Shown: one piece after another, positions 11,886 to 23,076 of the stretch
How positions within the stretch are numbered: the stretch's first letter is position 1
How the letters are laid out: each line of letters opens with the position of its first letter
Origin: Malacoraja senta
Lineage: Eukaryota
Length of the DNA stretch: 63,900 bases
NCBI GenBank assembly: GCA_038087875.1
Contig: CM075989.1
Span: forward strand, 8,868,001 to 8,931,900
Direction: 5' to 3'
Program-made: the position numbers and the translations under genes
The notes under the pieces: generated by a model
Told to the model about the DNA's origin: nothing
The model's database searches: none
The model's input: the letters and a program-made list of their open reading frames with translations, nothing else

Positions 11886-12848
11886 TAATAATAATAATAA
11901 TAATAATCATTTTATTTACTGGCGCCTTTCTAAAACCCAAGGACACCTTACAATGCATAGAATCACAAAAAAATACAAAACATAATCGGAATAAATTAAA
12001 TATAAAAACACCACAGTACACAAATCAAGGACAGAATTCAATTTCAAGAGCACCAAAAGAAAATAAGAAAACACAATTTGAGGAGAGAGCAGCGGCGACC
12101 AATTCGCGCCAGCGTCCACTCTCCCCTCCGACCGCCATCTTGTACACGGACTAACAGGCACAGCACACAAAATCATCCCCCCACAATGACCACCACTGTG
12201 GGGGAAGGCACAATGTCCAGTCCCCAACCCCAGTTCTCCCCAGAGTCAGGCCCATCGAGGCCACCACAGTTGCCTCTACGGAGGCCCGATGTTCCTGGCC
12301 GTCGGGAGAGTCCTCGCAGCGGCTGGAACGGCCGGTTTCCCAGCGGAGTCGATGGCACCTGAAGCCGACAGGGCCGCGCCGAGTTGGAGCCACGAGGCTC
12401 CCGATGTTAAAGTCGGCGCCGCCGCCCGCGGCTGGTCGCTCCGCAGCCCCGCAGCCCGGAGGTGTTGTTGTCGGCGGTCAATGCATACCGGAGCTCCATC
12501 GCGTCGACCCAGCGCGGCGACCCAGGCAAGGCATCGCCCGCTACGCTCCCCGATAGCGCTCCAGCGCTGTGCCGCCGACCGAAGCTGAAGGTGATGGGCG
12601 GTCCCCGTCAGGAAACGGCGCTCCAGGCCCGCTGGTAGGCCACGAGGACGGGTCGACGAGGCAGCCTGGAGAAAAAGCTGCCTCACCGACCAGGTAGGGA
12701 CCCAGAAATAGTTTCCCCCTTACCCCCCCACATTAAAAGTGAAAACCCCCCAAACAAAGAAATAAATAAAAAACACTAAAACTAAAGAAAGAGTGAATTT
12801 GACGGACGACTGCTGTTTAGCAGCCGTTCCTCCAAGATGGCGGCTCCT
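11886..12848 (-). mobile_element. GC-rich non-autonomous retroelement with L2-type 3' tail
   Basis: (ATT)n tail with AAGGCGCCAGTAAATAAAA; CpG-rich body; interrupts a CR1 3' UTR (GGGCAAGTT...GTTGGGCTGAAGGG). Confidence 0.7.
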
Positions 12849-13444
12849 CAGTTGGGCTGAAGGGCCTGTTTCCATGCTGTATGACTCTATGTTTCTTGGT
12901 GATGTCCTGCACAATGAACTTTGACCTTTCACCAGGTAACTCTGGATGAAGGCGAAGCTTCCACTGGGACTTCCATCATCAACAACCTCGCCGACTTTTC
13001 ACTTGGGACAAGTTCTTGAAATCTTAGAATACCCTCACTACCAAACTCCCTTTTTTTGTTTCCATCTCATTTTCCTGGCATCCGTACGAACGATCTGGAT
13101 TTGATCCACATCTCCAGTGATTTGTGAGGTTTCACGGAGCTGCAGAGCAAACTGTGGTTGACGGGCCCGCTTCAGAGACGCCCTCAGCATCACGGCTACC
13201 CCTGGCTGCCTGACGTCAAGGCAAAACCAGGTCATCTCTCGCACATCTGCTCTCCCACTTCATGGGCAACATCTGCCCACACCAGCACCTTGACAACTGC
13301 TGGCCACCCAACAGATTGACAGCACCTACCTCGCCAGCAGTGTGGAAACACCCCTCCTCCTGTCGCCACAACTAAACATGCCCAGTTATCACCATGGCAA
13401 TGCCAACCCACTCTGCACCATGGCAACCTGAAGAAGGGTCTTAA

Positions 13445-13690
13445 CATAGAAACATGGAAACAGGTGCAAGAGTAGGGCCATGTGGCCCTTTGAGCCCGCT
13501 CCGCCATTCAACATGATCATGGCTGATCATCCTAAATCAGTACCCCGTTCCTGCTTTCTCCCCATATCCTTTGATTCCGTTAGGCCTAGGAGCTATATCT
13601 AACTCTCTCTTGAAAACATCCAGTGAATTGGCCTCCACTGCCATCTATGGCAGAAAATTCCACTCACTGACTCTGTGGCAGAGAATTCCT
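13445..13690 (-). mobile_element. CR1 3' end nested in a Penelope-derived repeat
   Basis: Splits the motif CTGAAGAAGGGTCT / TGACCCAAAACGTC. Confidence 0.8.
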
Positions 13691-13930
13691 TGACCCAAAA
13701 CGTCACCTATCCATGTTCTCCAGAGATGCTGCCAGACATGTTGAGTTACTCCAGTGCTTTGTGTCCTTCTATGGCAAAACCTACCCACCCAATGTCACAG
13801 TCACTGCACAGTTGTCACAGATAGGCATTTACCTCCCATGTTCGGTGGTACTGAGGTCAATGGCTCTGCCTGCAGTATGCCTTGAGGTTAATGGGAACTA
13901 CAAACCTGGGAAGGGTTGAACGTCCCTTTA

Positions 13931-14205
13931 AGGGTGGCATAGTGGCGCAGTGGTAGAGTTGCTGCCTTACAGCACCAGAGACCCAGGTTCAATCCTGACT
14001 ACGGGTGCTGTAGGTAAGGAGTTTGTACGTTCTCCCTGTGACCGCGTGGGTTTCCTCCCACATTCCAAAGATATGCAGGTTTGCAGGTTAATTAGCTTCT
14101 GTAAATTGTCCCTAGTTGTGTAGGGTAGAACTAGTGTACGGGTGATCGCTGGTCGGCGTGGACTCGGTGGGCCGAAGGGCCTGTTTCCATGCTGTGGCTC
14201 TGAGC
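13931..14205 (+). mobile_element. HE1-like SINE, full length
   Basis: A/B boxes, body and tail. Confidence 0.9.
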
Positions 14206-15216
14206 TAAGCTGCTGACTCGCAAGCGGCCCAGGAGTCACGGGGTGGTAGTGCAGCCTGCGCTGTCTAGTGGCTGTTCATGAGGTTGCTACAAGGATAAAC
14301 AACGCTCAAGAACCCTCCAGTTTGTGACGTTTTTTTATAATTACACGTCTTTTCTGTGCAGTGTGACAGAGGTGCTAATCATGTCAGCTTCCTGCTTAAT
14401 TACTCAGATTAATTATTCAACTAATTATTCAGATCCCAAATAAATGCTAATTATCAAACGCCCAGACCACTCCTCTCTCCAATGTAATTTAAAGGAGATG
14501 ATTGCTAACGGTGTTACTCACAATTATAATACTTAAGCACTATCAGTTTCCTACAAAACAACCACTTCTACACAGGCTTGAAACCAAAGATCATATAAAC
14601 CTTTGCTTGAAACTATAGACAGCTTGCCTGCTTTTGTAGGTACTTATAAAATATATTCGCCCACAGCACAGACAGTGTTGAAATTCATTACCCATCCCTC
14701 AGTGGCCTGAACCCAAGACTTAGTGAAGAGTTAACTCCTCAGTGGGTCTGGAGTCACGTGAAGGCCTCACGTAAGGAGTCACGTAAGTCATCACATAAAA
14801 GCAAAGAACTGCAGATGCTGGTTCACAAAAAAAAGATACAGAGTACAGGAGGGTCAGGAGACTCAGCGGGTCAAGCAGCATCTCCAGGGAACATGGACAG
14901 ATGACATTCCGGATCGGGACCCTTCCCAGTAAGGACGTCGGTTCTTCTTGTTCTCAGGGCTTTAGGGCCTTTAAACCATGTGGTCATGTCATGGCTGCTG
15001 TTACCGGGTATGATGATTTTTTTAAAATTCCATATTTACTCAATTAGTTAAATTCCCCAGCTTCTGCAGAAATTAAATCAACGGTCTCTGGATCAATGGA
15101 CAGAGTTTTCACCACTTATCCAAGAACGTAACCTCTACCCTACTGTTGACAGAGCACTTTAGTTGATTACAGAAAGGCAGAGAATGGGGCAGAGTTGGCA
15201 ACTGTGGTCGCCATTT

Positions 15217-15804
15217 TGTATGCAGCAGGTTTAAAGGACGCGTTTACATTGCACCATTTGAAAAGGTTAAATGCTTTTAAATCTATAAAAGATACATGGT
15301 GGAATACTTGACTGGAGGTTGTAGCTTGTATTTCGTCTCAAGCAGGCTTTCTCTAGTGGAAAAGTACCAATTGATAAGAGAGAGAGACAAGCCCAGGCTT
15401 GTCTCAGGTTGATGTATATTGAGACAATGACCGATGCCTTTGAAATGTCTTGTCCTGAAAGTACCATCTGATAAGAGACCAATGCCTTTGAAATGTCCTG
15501 TCTTGGAAGTACCAACTGATAAGATGCCTTTGAACTGTCTGGTTCTGAAGGTGCTATAGTTATGTATATTGGCTGCATCTTGCGACTATGATAAACATCT
15601 TTGGAATGTGACTAAGTGACACACAGTATAAAACACCGTGCGAATCTTTGTTCATTGAAGTGGTGGCGCGGGGAAGTCAAGTATCTGTTGCTTACTTGAC
15701 TGCTGTATCCCCGTCACTTCTGCCGGCTGATGATCAGTAAAGCTTGAGTTAGTTTACCTAACGTTTTTGTGAGTTGTCTGTTTTTTAAGTAGTGAACCTT
15801 ATCA
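15217..15804 (+). mobile_element. ERV-like 5' LTR (5' boundary uncertain)
   Basis: TG...CA ends; U3 tandem repeats 15361-15556; TATAAAA 15627-15633; AGTAAA 15736-15741; PBS directly after the terminal CA. Confidence 0.8.
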
Positions 15805-15805
15805 T

Positions 15806-15824
15806 TGGCGTATAGTTGGCAGGA
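15806..15824 (+). promoter_or_regulatory. Primer-binding site, tRNA-Ser type
   Basis: TGGCGTATAGTTGGCAGGA vs the complement of the tRNA-Ser 3' end TGGCGTAGTCGGCAGGA (2-nt insertion, 1 substitution). Confidence 0.75.
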
Positions 15825-16135
15825 CCTCGCTGGGACCGTCAACGGACGACTGTGTAAGAGGCTGCAGAGTGACCGGGATCGGACAGGGAGAAAACTGAGC
15901 TCTAATCGGACCCTTTGAGACCGAACTCCCGTAGAAGCTCCCGGGAACATCTGTGGTCCTTGGTCAGAGGTCGATCTGGTTCTCCGCTGACGTCCTTAAT
16001 ACAGACAATAAAGGTAAGACCAATTGTGTATGTTTTTGCTACCAAGAGAGTAGTCGGCGATTGGATAGAGCAAACTAAAAAGGTTTGTCATTAATTAATA
16101 CGTTTTTGCTACTGGGAAAGTAGTTGGTAAGAATG
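15825..16135 (+). mobile_element. ERV leader, truncated before gag
   Basis: Follows the PBS; splice-donor-like AGGTAAG near 16011; duplicated GTTTTTGCTAC...GTAGT motifs near 16032 and 16102. Confidence 0.6.
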
Positions 16136-16181
16136 TCCCAGTTCACATCACAGCCACTAAAATAAATTGAAAAGACATCAT

Positions 16182-16455
16182 GATTCAAGATTCAAGAGAG
16201 TTTATTGTCATGTGTCCCAGATAGGACAATGAAATTCTTGCTTTGCTTCAGCACAACAGAATATAGTAGGCATAAATAAATCCAGAACAGATCAGTGTGT
16301 CCATACACCAATGAATATATATATACACACATAAATAAACAGATAAAGTGCAATGGGCTATTAATGATCAGAGTTTTGTTTGATGTTGAGTTAGCCTGAT
16401 GGCTGCGGGGAAGGGGCTATTCCTGAACCTGGATGTTGCAGATTTCAGGCTCCTG
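16182..16455 (-). mobile_element. Rex1/Babar 3' end
   Basis: Matches the reverse complement of the 3' UTR at about 56150-56385; (TCTTGAA)n tail. Confidence 0.75.
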
Positions 16456-16547
16456 AAATCACTGATCTAATATAGGAAGCTCAGCTACTAATCTAGATCA
16501 GAGCTAGCTCTCACAAAGAACAATATTTAAATGGCTCAGTAATGGTC

Positions 16548-16940
16548 ATATTCCTCATATTCTGCTTGGGTAACTTACAACCCAACAGTATGAACATTGA
16601 GTAGAAACAAGAAACTGCAGATGCTGGTTTACAAAAAAAAGGACACAAAGTGCTGGAGTAACTCAGTGGGTCAGGCAGCATCTTTGTAGAACAGGCCCTA
16701 TAAAAGAATCTGAAGAAGGGTCCAGACCCGAAACGTCACCTACCCATGTTCTCCAGAGATGGTGCCTGACCCGCTGAGTTACTCCAGCACTTTGTGTCTA
16801 CCTTTGGTAAATACCAGCATCTGCAGTTCCTTTTGACACATGACCTATCCATGTTCTCCAGAGATGATGCCTGATCCACCAAATTACTTCAGCACTTTGT
16901 ACATTTTTTCGTAAACCAGTATCTGCAGTTCCTTGTGTCT
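16548..16940. mobile_element. Penelope-derived cluster (GIY-YIG C-terminal remnant plus inverted terminal repeats)
   Basis: LIFCLGNLQPNSMNIE at about 16554-16601; inverted GCTGGAGTAACTCAG / CTGAGTTACTCCAGC arms. Confidence 0.8.
16710..16737 (+). ncRNA. Minimal hammerhead ribozyme motif (Penelope type)
   Basis: CTGAAGA-A-GGGTC(CA)GACCC-GAAAC-GTC: core CUGANGA, stem II, GAAA, palindromic ACGU, GUC cleavage triplet. Confidence 0.75.
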
Positions 16941-17021
16941 GAGGAACCAAGATGCCTGATCATGACTGGAAAGGCAGCATCTACTGTCCATCCCTAATTG
17001 CCCATGAATGGCATGGCCTGG

Positions 17022-17293
17022 TAGTTTAGTTTAGTTTAGTAATACAGCACGGAAACCGACCCTTTGGCCCACCAAGTCAACACTGCCCAGTGACCCCGCA
17101 CACTAACAATATCCAACACACACTGGGGACAATTTACAACTTTTACCAGGCCAATTAACCTACAAACCTGTATGTCTTTGGAGTGTGGGAGGAAACCAAA
17201 GATCTCAGAGAAAACCCACGCAGTCCCGGGTACTGACAGCACCTGTAGTCAGCGCTGTAAGGCAGCAACTCTACCGCTGCGCCACCGTGCTGC
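17022..17293 (-). mobile_element. HE1-like SINE with internal deletion
   Basis: Matches other copies. Confidence 0.85.
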
Positions 17294-17750
17294 CTGGTGG
17301 AAGCTTAGAAGGCAGTTATCAGTCAACTGTACAGAATTGCATGATGGCGGAATGGTTAAAGCACGGAAGGTGGCCATTCAGCCCATCAAGTCTGTACAAG
17401 CTCCACACAAGAGCAATATAGTGTTCCCACTCCCAACCCCCTGCTCCCCACAACCCTGAAATGTTTTCCCTTTCCAATATGTATCCAGTTCCCTTTGAAC
17501 CTCGCAATGGAACCCCACTCCTTTCACTGGCCCCGGCCTTGCGTTCCACACACAAACCTTCGCTGTCTAAAAGGTCTTCCATCATATTATTTTTGAATAA
17601 GGCTATTCAGCCCATCTCGTCCATGCTGACCGAGGTGTCTTCTTAAACTGGACCTATTGGCCTACTTTTAGTCCATTTGCTTTTAAACTTTCCTATCCAT
17701 GTACCTGGTGAAAAAAATGCTGGTATGATACGTATATCGTTCCTTGCTCT

Positions 17751-18203
17751 CTTTTGGAATTTTTTTTTTAATTTATCAAAAAATGTATTCAATTATTAAA
17801 AAATAATATTTACACTACAATAAAACAAGGCAGAACCCACCACCAATATATACAAGACAAACATATATCCATAATAAACTACTATACAACTACGATACAA
17901 TCCTTATTGAGGATACATTCAACCCTCCGCGGTGCCCAGCGGTCCCGGAAATCCCCCAGGGCGCCCGTGGACAGGGCGTAGTCCCTCTCTAACCCCACCC
18001 GGGCACGGACGTACCCCCGGAATAGGGGCAGGCAGCCGGCTCGGGCAGAGACCTCTTCCGCCTGGCGCAGTGACTCGAGGATGGCCAGCTTGGCCAGGCC
18101 CAGGAGCAACCCAACCAGGACATCTTCAGCCTTACCCTGTCCCCTACGCACAGGGTGTCCAAAGATGAGGATGGTGGGTGTGAAGTGCAGCCAGAAGGCA
18201 ACT
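17751..18203 (-). mobile_element. Tx1/L1-clade LINE 3' fragment
   Basis: FWLHFTPTILIFGHP...LLLGLAKLAI...FRDRWAP C-terminus; A-tail (poly-T on + at 17760-17769); 12-bp TSD GTTCCTTGCTCT at 17739-17750 and 18204-18215. Confidence 0.8.
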
Positions 18204-18602
18204 GTTCCTTGCTCTTGGTGTCAATGGCAGAATGTTGACCTACAAGCCGCTTAAGCTGTTTAAACGCTTGGCCACCTAATTTAATTAATGCATTTTATTT
18301 TTCAAACAGTAATCTTTTTGTAATATAGTTTTTATCAGTGCCAGTAGGCAGTTCTGGCACCTACCTTCACATAGAGCACTGCATGCACCAATCAATTCCA
18401 TTAACCCCTCGATATTAGACGCAATCATGAAGCCCATGAATCCAGCAGGTAGCAGTAAAAACTACCAGTTCAATAACTTTTGCCGATCGCCTTCATTCTG
18501 TGTCTCCGGTTTCTGGCCTCCTCCACCCCTCCACCACCACCATATATCCCACAGGCCAGTCAGCGTCAGGGCATAAGATTCCTTCCCCAAGCGGATGGGA
18601 GT

Positions 18603-18955
18603 CTGGGCAGCTTACAACCCAACGGTATGAACGTTGACTTCTCAAAGTTCAAGTAACCCCTCTCTCCCTCCCTCCCCCACCCTAGTCATGCTACTAGTTC
18701 TACTGTTTGCATCCTTGTATCCCTTCATGACCACCTCTTTCCCAGCCAACAACGGGCCACTATGGGCCCCATCCTTCCTTGGTCATCTGTTGCCGGCCCT
18801 GCTTTGTTATGGCCTTTTCCTGCTCCTGGTTCCGCCCTCCCCCCCACCCCCCTACTTTCAGTCTGAAGAAGGGTCCCGACCTGAAACGTCACCCATCCTT
18901 CATCTCCAGAGATGCTGCCTGACCCGTTGAGTTACTCCAGCACTCTGTATCTATC
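18603..18955 (+). mobile_element. Penelope-like element 3' end
   Basis: LGSLQPNGMNVDFSKFK* (18603-18656, GIY-YIG C-terminus), then 3' UTR and hammerhead-like motif at 18863. Confidence 0.85.
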
Positions 18956-19066
18956 TCAGAGAGTCTGGTGGGTTCTCTGCGTCAATAACATGGTGGTTTA
19001 TGATCACCCCCACAGTCCATTCATCAGGAAACTGTCAAGTGTTTGGAGAGGTATTGAAACTCTTCC

Positions 19067-19398
19067 GGGTGGCACAATGGCGCAGGTGGGAGAGCTGCTG
19101 CCTCATAGCGCCACAGACCCAGGTTTGATCCTGACTACTGGCCCTGTCTGTGTGTGGTGTTCACACGTACCCCTTGTGACCATGTGCGTTTCCTCCCGCA
19201 TCCCACGCTCCGGTTTCCTCCCACATCCCAAAGACGCGCGGGGTTTGTAGGTTACTTGGCCTCAGTAAATTGCCTCTATTGTGTAGGGAGTGGGTGAGAA
19301 AGTGGGATTACGCGGAACCAGTGTGAATGGGTGATCGATGATCGTCGTGGGCTCAGCGGGCCCAACATCCTGTCTCCGTGCTGTATCTCGAAACTAAG
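19067..19398 (+). mobile_element. HE1-like SINE variant
   Basis: tRNA-like head, body and tail. Confidence 0.8.
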
Positions 19399-19484
19399 CG
19401 GGTAAACAGCGAAAAAAATTATCTGCCGCCCATTCCATCGGGAACCTCCTGTTCCTCCTGTGGTCCCACATCAGTCACTCAGAA

Positions 19485-20640
19485 CGACGGGCACATCGGC
19501 CTTCATCAGTCAGAGCACTGAGTATAGAAGTTGGGAGGTTACACAAAAAGCTGGAGTAACTCAGCGCGATGGGCAGCATCTCTGGAGAGAAGGAATGGGT
19601 GACGTTTCGGGCCAAGACCCTTCTTCAGACTGAAAGTCGGGGGAAAGGGAGGTGATGTTGCCGTTGTATAAGACATTCGTGAGGCCGCATTTAGAGTATT
19701 GTGTTCAGATTTGGCCACCATGTTATGGGAAAGATGTTGTCAAGCTGGAAAGGGTGCAGAGAAGATTTATGAGTATGTTGCCAGGACTCAAAGGCCTGAG
19801 CTATAGGGAGAGTGGTGAATCTCTGGAACTCTCTGCCACAGAGAGGTAGTTGAGGCCAGTTCATTGGCTATATTTAAGAGGGAGTTAGATGTGGCCCTTG
19901 TGGCTAAGGGGATCAGGACTGTCTTATGAAGAAAGACTGGATAGACTTGGTTTATACTCTCTAGAATTTAGGAGATTGAGAGGGGATCTTATAGAAACTT
20001 ACAAAATTCTTAAGGGGTTGGACAGGCTAGATGCAGGGAGATTGCTCCCGATGTTGGGGAAGTCCAGGACAAGGGGTCACAGCTTAAGGATAAGGGGAAA
20101 ATCCTTTAAAACCGAGATGAGAAGAACTTTTTTCACACAGAGAGTGGTGAATCTCTGGAACTCTCTGCCACAGAGAGTAGTCGAGGCCAGTTCATTGGCT
20201 ATATTTAAGAGGGAGTTAGATGTGGCCCTTGTGGCTAAAGGGATCAGGGGGTATGGAGAGAAGGCAGGTACGGGATACTGAGTTGGATGATCAGACATGA
20301 TCATATTGAATGGCGGTGCAGGCTCGAAGGGCCGAAGGCCTACTCCTGCACCTATTTTCTATGTATCTATGTATCTATGAGAGGTTGAGCAGGCTAGGAC
20401 ATTATTCCTAACTTTTTTTACACAATGGGCGGTGGGTGTATGGAACGAGCTATCAGAGGAGATAGTTGAGGCAGGGACTATCGCAACGTTTAAGAAACAT
20501 TTTTGCAGGTACATGGATAGGCTAGGTATAGAGGGATATGGCCCAAACGCAGGCATTTGGGTGTGGAGTGGATGGGACATGCTGGTCAGTGTGGGCAAGT
20601 TGGGCCAAAGGGCTTGTTTCCATGCTGTGTGACTCTACGA
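19485..20640 (+). mobile_element. Nested CR1 cluster: older CR1 3' end hosting a Penelope repeat (19540-19646, -) and a younger CR1 3' end (19809-20378)
   Basis: LYKTFVRPHLEYCVQ; GLSYEERLDRLGLYSLEFRRLRGDLIE; (CTATGTAT)n tail; GGGAGGT direct repeat flanks the Penelope piece. Confidence 0.85.
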
Positions 20641-21342
20641 CACTGAACCCAGAGTAGAACGACACCCTTGATTCCGAGCCACTGCCTCTGATGGATTCCT
20701 GAAAACACCTTTCCATTGCCAGACTAACTGCATGTCAATCCCCCAGCAGAGTGAAGTGCTTTTACAGGTCTCTGAATTATTCACCCGCTCTCCACCATCC
20801 CAAACCCGAAAATTGGATGTGAAACGTGACACTTTTCCTTATCCCACTGCCTGCCAGATAATGCGGCAACTCCCTGCAGGGGACTCGAAAAAAAGCTAGT
20901 TTAAAAAAATGGGACGCAGATGCTTAGAGCCTCTTAATTTACAGTCCCTTTCAACTGGCAGACAGAAGCATGTAAATCCCATCAGTCAGGCCCAGGGGAG
21001 GAGCAGTTGAAAGATCCAAGTGCTAACTCACCTTCTCTGCTCCCTCTTCATGCAGAGAGAGAGTGACAGAGAGACACAAAGCAAATAAGCCAAATGTCTG
21101 CTATATCTTCGCCTATTTAATTCACTCTCCACACCGCATATTAATTTTTGTTTGTTGCCTCTCACATCTGTGACAGGAGACTCTGCATTCAAGTCCCAGG
21201 AGCTCAGCAGTCCAACTGCCATGCAGAAACAGGGAACTTATCTGGAGTCTGAAGAAGGGTTTCGGCCCGAAACGTTGCCTATTCCCTTCGCTCCATGGAT
21301 GCTGCCTCACCCGCTGAGTTTCTCCAGCATTTTTGTCGACTA

Positions 21343-21905
21343 ATCTGGAGTATTGTGAGCAGTTTTGGACCCCCCCCCCATATCCGAGGAGGGACGTGCT
21401 GGCGTTGGAGACGATCCAGAGAGAAGGTTTACGCGGATGATCCCGGGAATGATCGGGTTAACATGTGATGAGCGTTTGATGGCTTCGGGCCTGTACTCGC
21501 TGGAGTTTACAAAGATGAGGGGGTGGGGGGGGGAGTGGCGAAGCCTCATTGAAACTTACCGAATAGAGAAAGGCCTGGATGGAGTGGATGTGGAGAGGAT
21601 GTTTGCACGAGTCGGAGAGTCTAGAGGCCCTAGCCAATGAATAAAAGGATGTACCTTTAGAAAGAAGGTGAGGAGAAATTTCTCCAGTCAGAAGGTGGTG
21701 AATCTTTGGAATTTATTGCCACAGACAGCTGTGGAGGCCAAGTCATTAGGTATTTTTAAAGCAGAGATTAACATATTTGTAAGGGTGTCAACGGTTATGG
21801 GGAGAAGGCAGGAGAATGGGGTTGAGAAGGAAAGATAGATCAGCCATGATTGAATGGCGGAGTAGACTCGATGGGCCGAATGGCTTCTGTGTCTTATGAA
21901 CACAT
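21343..21905 (+). mobile_element. Degraded CR1 3' end
   Basis: RRFTRMIPGM...GLYSLEF remnant and 3' UTR. Confidence 0.8.
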
Positions 21906-22377
21906 GAACTTATAAGTTGCAGGAGCTGGTTTACAAATTGTCATACTAACTCTGTCAGAGGTTTATTGCTGAGAGAGAGAGAGAGGGAGGGAGAGAGAGA
22001 GAGACTGTCAGAAACACAGCTGCATTGTCAGAGGGCCAATACTGAGAAATGTTGTACTTTCATTGGGGCAGTAGTACAGACAAAAGATCAGTGCCCAGGG
22101 TGTTAGAGGAGCAGGTCTGGAGGGCGGGGGATAAAGGAGGGGGTGTGTAGTTAGCCTGATTGTTTAAGATGGAAACGGATGATCAATGGTCAGCATGGAC
22201 TTGATGGGCCGAAGGACCTGTTTCCTTGCAGTAGGGAGCAACTAAGGGAGCAACAAGCAGTCAGAGGGACAGTAACGAGAGAATGATGCACTGTCAGAGG
22301 TACTGACCAGAAGGCACAATGTTATGCTGGAGAGACAGCACGAAGGGAATGCTACATAGGCTTTCATTTAGATTGGT

Positions 22378-22670
22378 TGAGTTTAGAGATACAGCATGGA
22401 AACAGGCCCTTTGGCCCACTGAGTCCACGCTGACCATCGATCACCAGTTCACGCTAGTTCTATGTTATCCCTCTTTCACATCCACTCCCTACACAGTTTT
22501 ACAGAAGCCAATTAACCTACAAACTGCACTTCTTTAGGATGTGGGAGAAAACCAGAATACCCAGAGGAAACCCTGGGGATAACATGCAAACTCCACACAG
22601 ATAGCACCCAAGGTCAGGATGGAACCCGGGTCTCCGGTGCTGTGAGGCAGCAGCTCTACCCGCTGTGTCA
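22378..22670 (-). mobile_element. HE1-like SINE
   Basis: Matches other copies. Confidence 0.8.
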
Positions 22671-22850
22671 GAGAGGGCATTCCCCAGGGAGCAGCGCACT
22701 GCTGGAGAAGGGCTGAGGGAGAGCTGCACTTCATTCAACTGGCAGAGGGGGCAGGACTGAGGGAAAGCTGCAGTGTAAGAGCAGCAGTACTGAGGGCACA
22801 ATAAGGGCGGGCTGCCTTGCTGTGGGTGAAAAAACTCTGTAAAATATCCA

Positions 22851-23076
22851 GGAAAGAACTGCAGATGCTGGTTTAAATCGAAGATAGACACAAAATGCTG
22901 GAGTAACTCAGCGGGACAGGCAGCATCTCTGGAGAGAAGGAATAGGGTGACGTTTCAGGTCGAGAACCTTCTTCTGAAGTCTGAGGAAGGGTCTCGACCG
23001 AAACGTCACCCATTCCTTCTCTCCAGAGATGCTGTCTGTCCCGCTGAGTTACTCCAGCATTTTGTGCCTATCTTCA
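22851..23076. mobile_element. Penelope-derived palindrome with back-to-back hammerhead-like motifs
   Basis: About 100-bp inverted arms centred near 22978. Confidence 0.85.

Noticed and set aside
12078..12700. CpG-island-like region with overlapping ORFs
   Set aside because: Inside a retroelement body; the ORFs reflect high GC content
14751..14790. Three TCACGT motifs, two as GAGTCACGT, resembling the DIRS terminus
   Set aside because: Match is too short to imply homology
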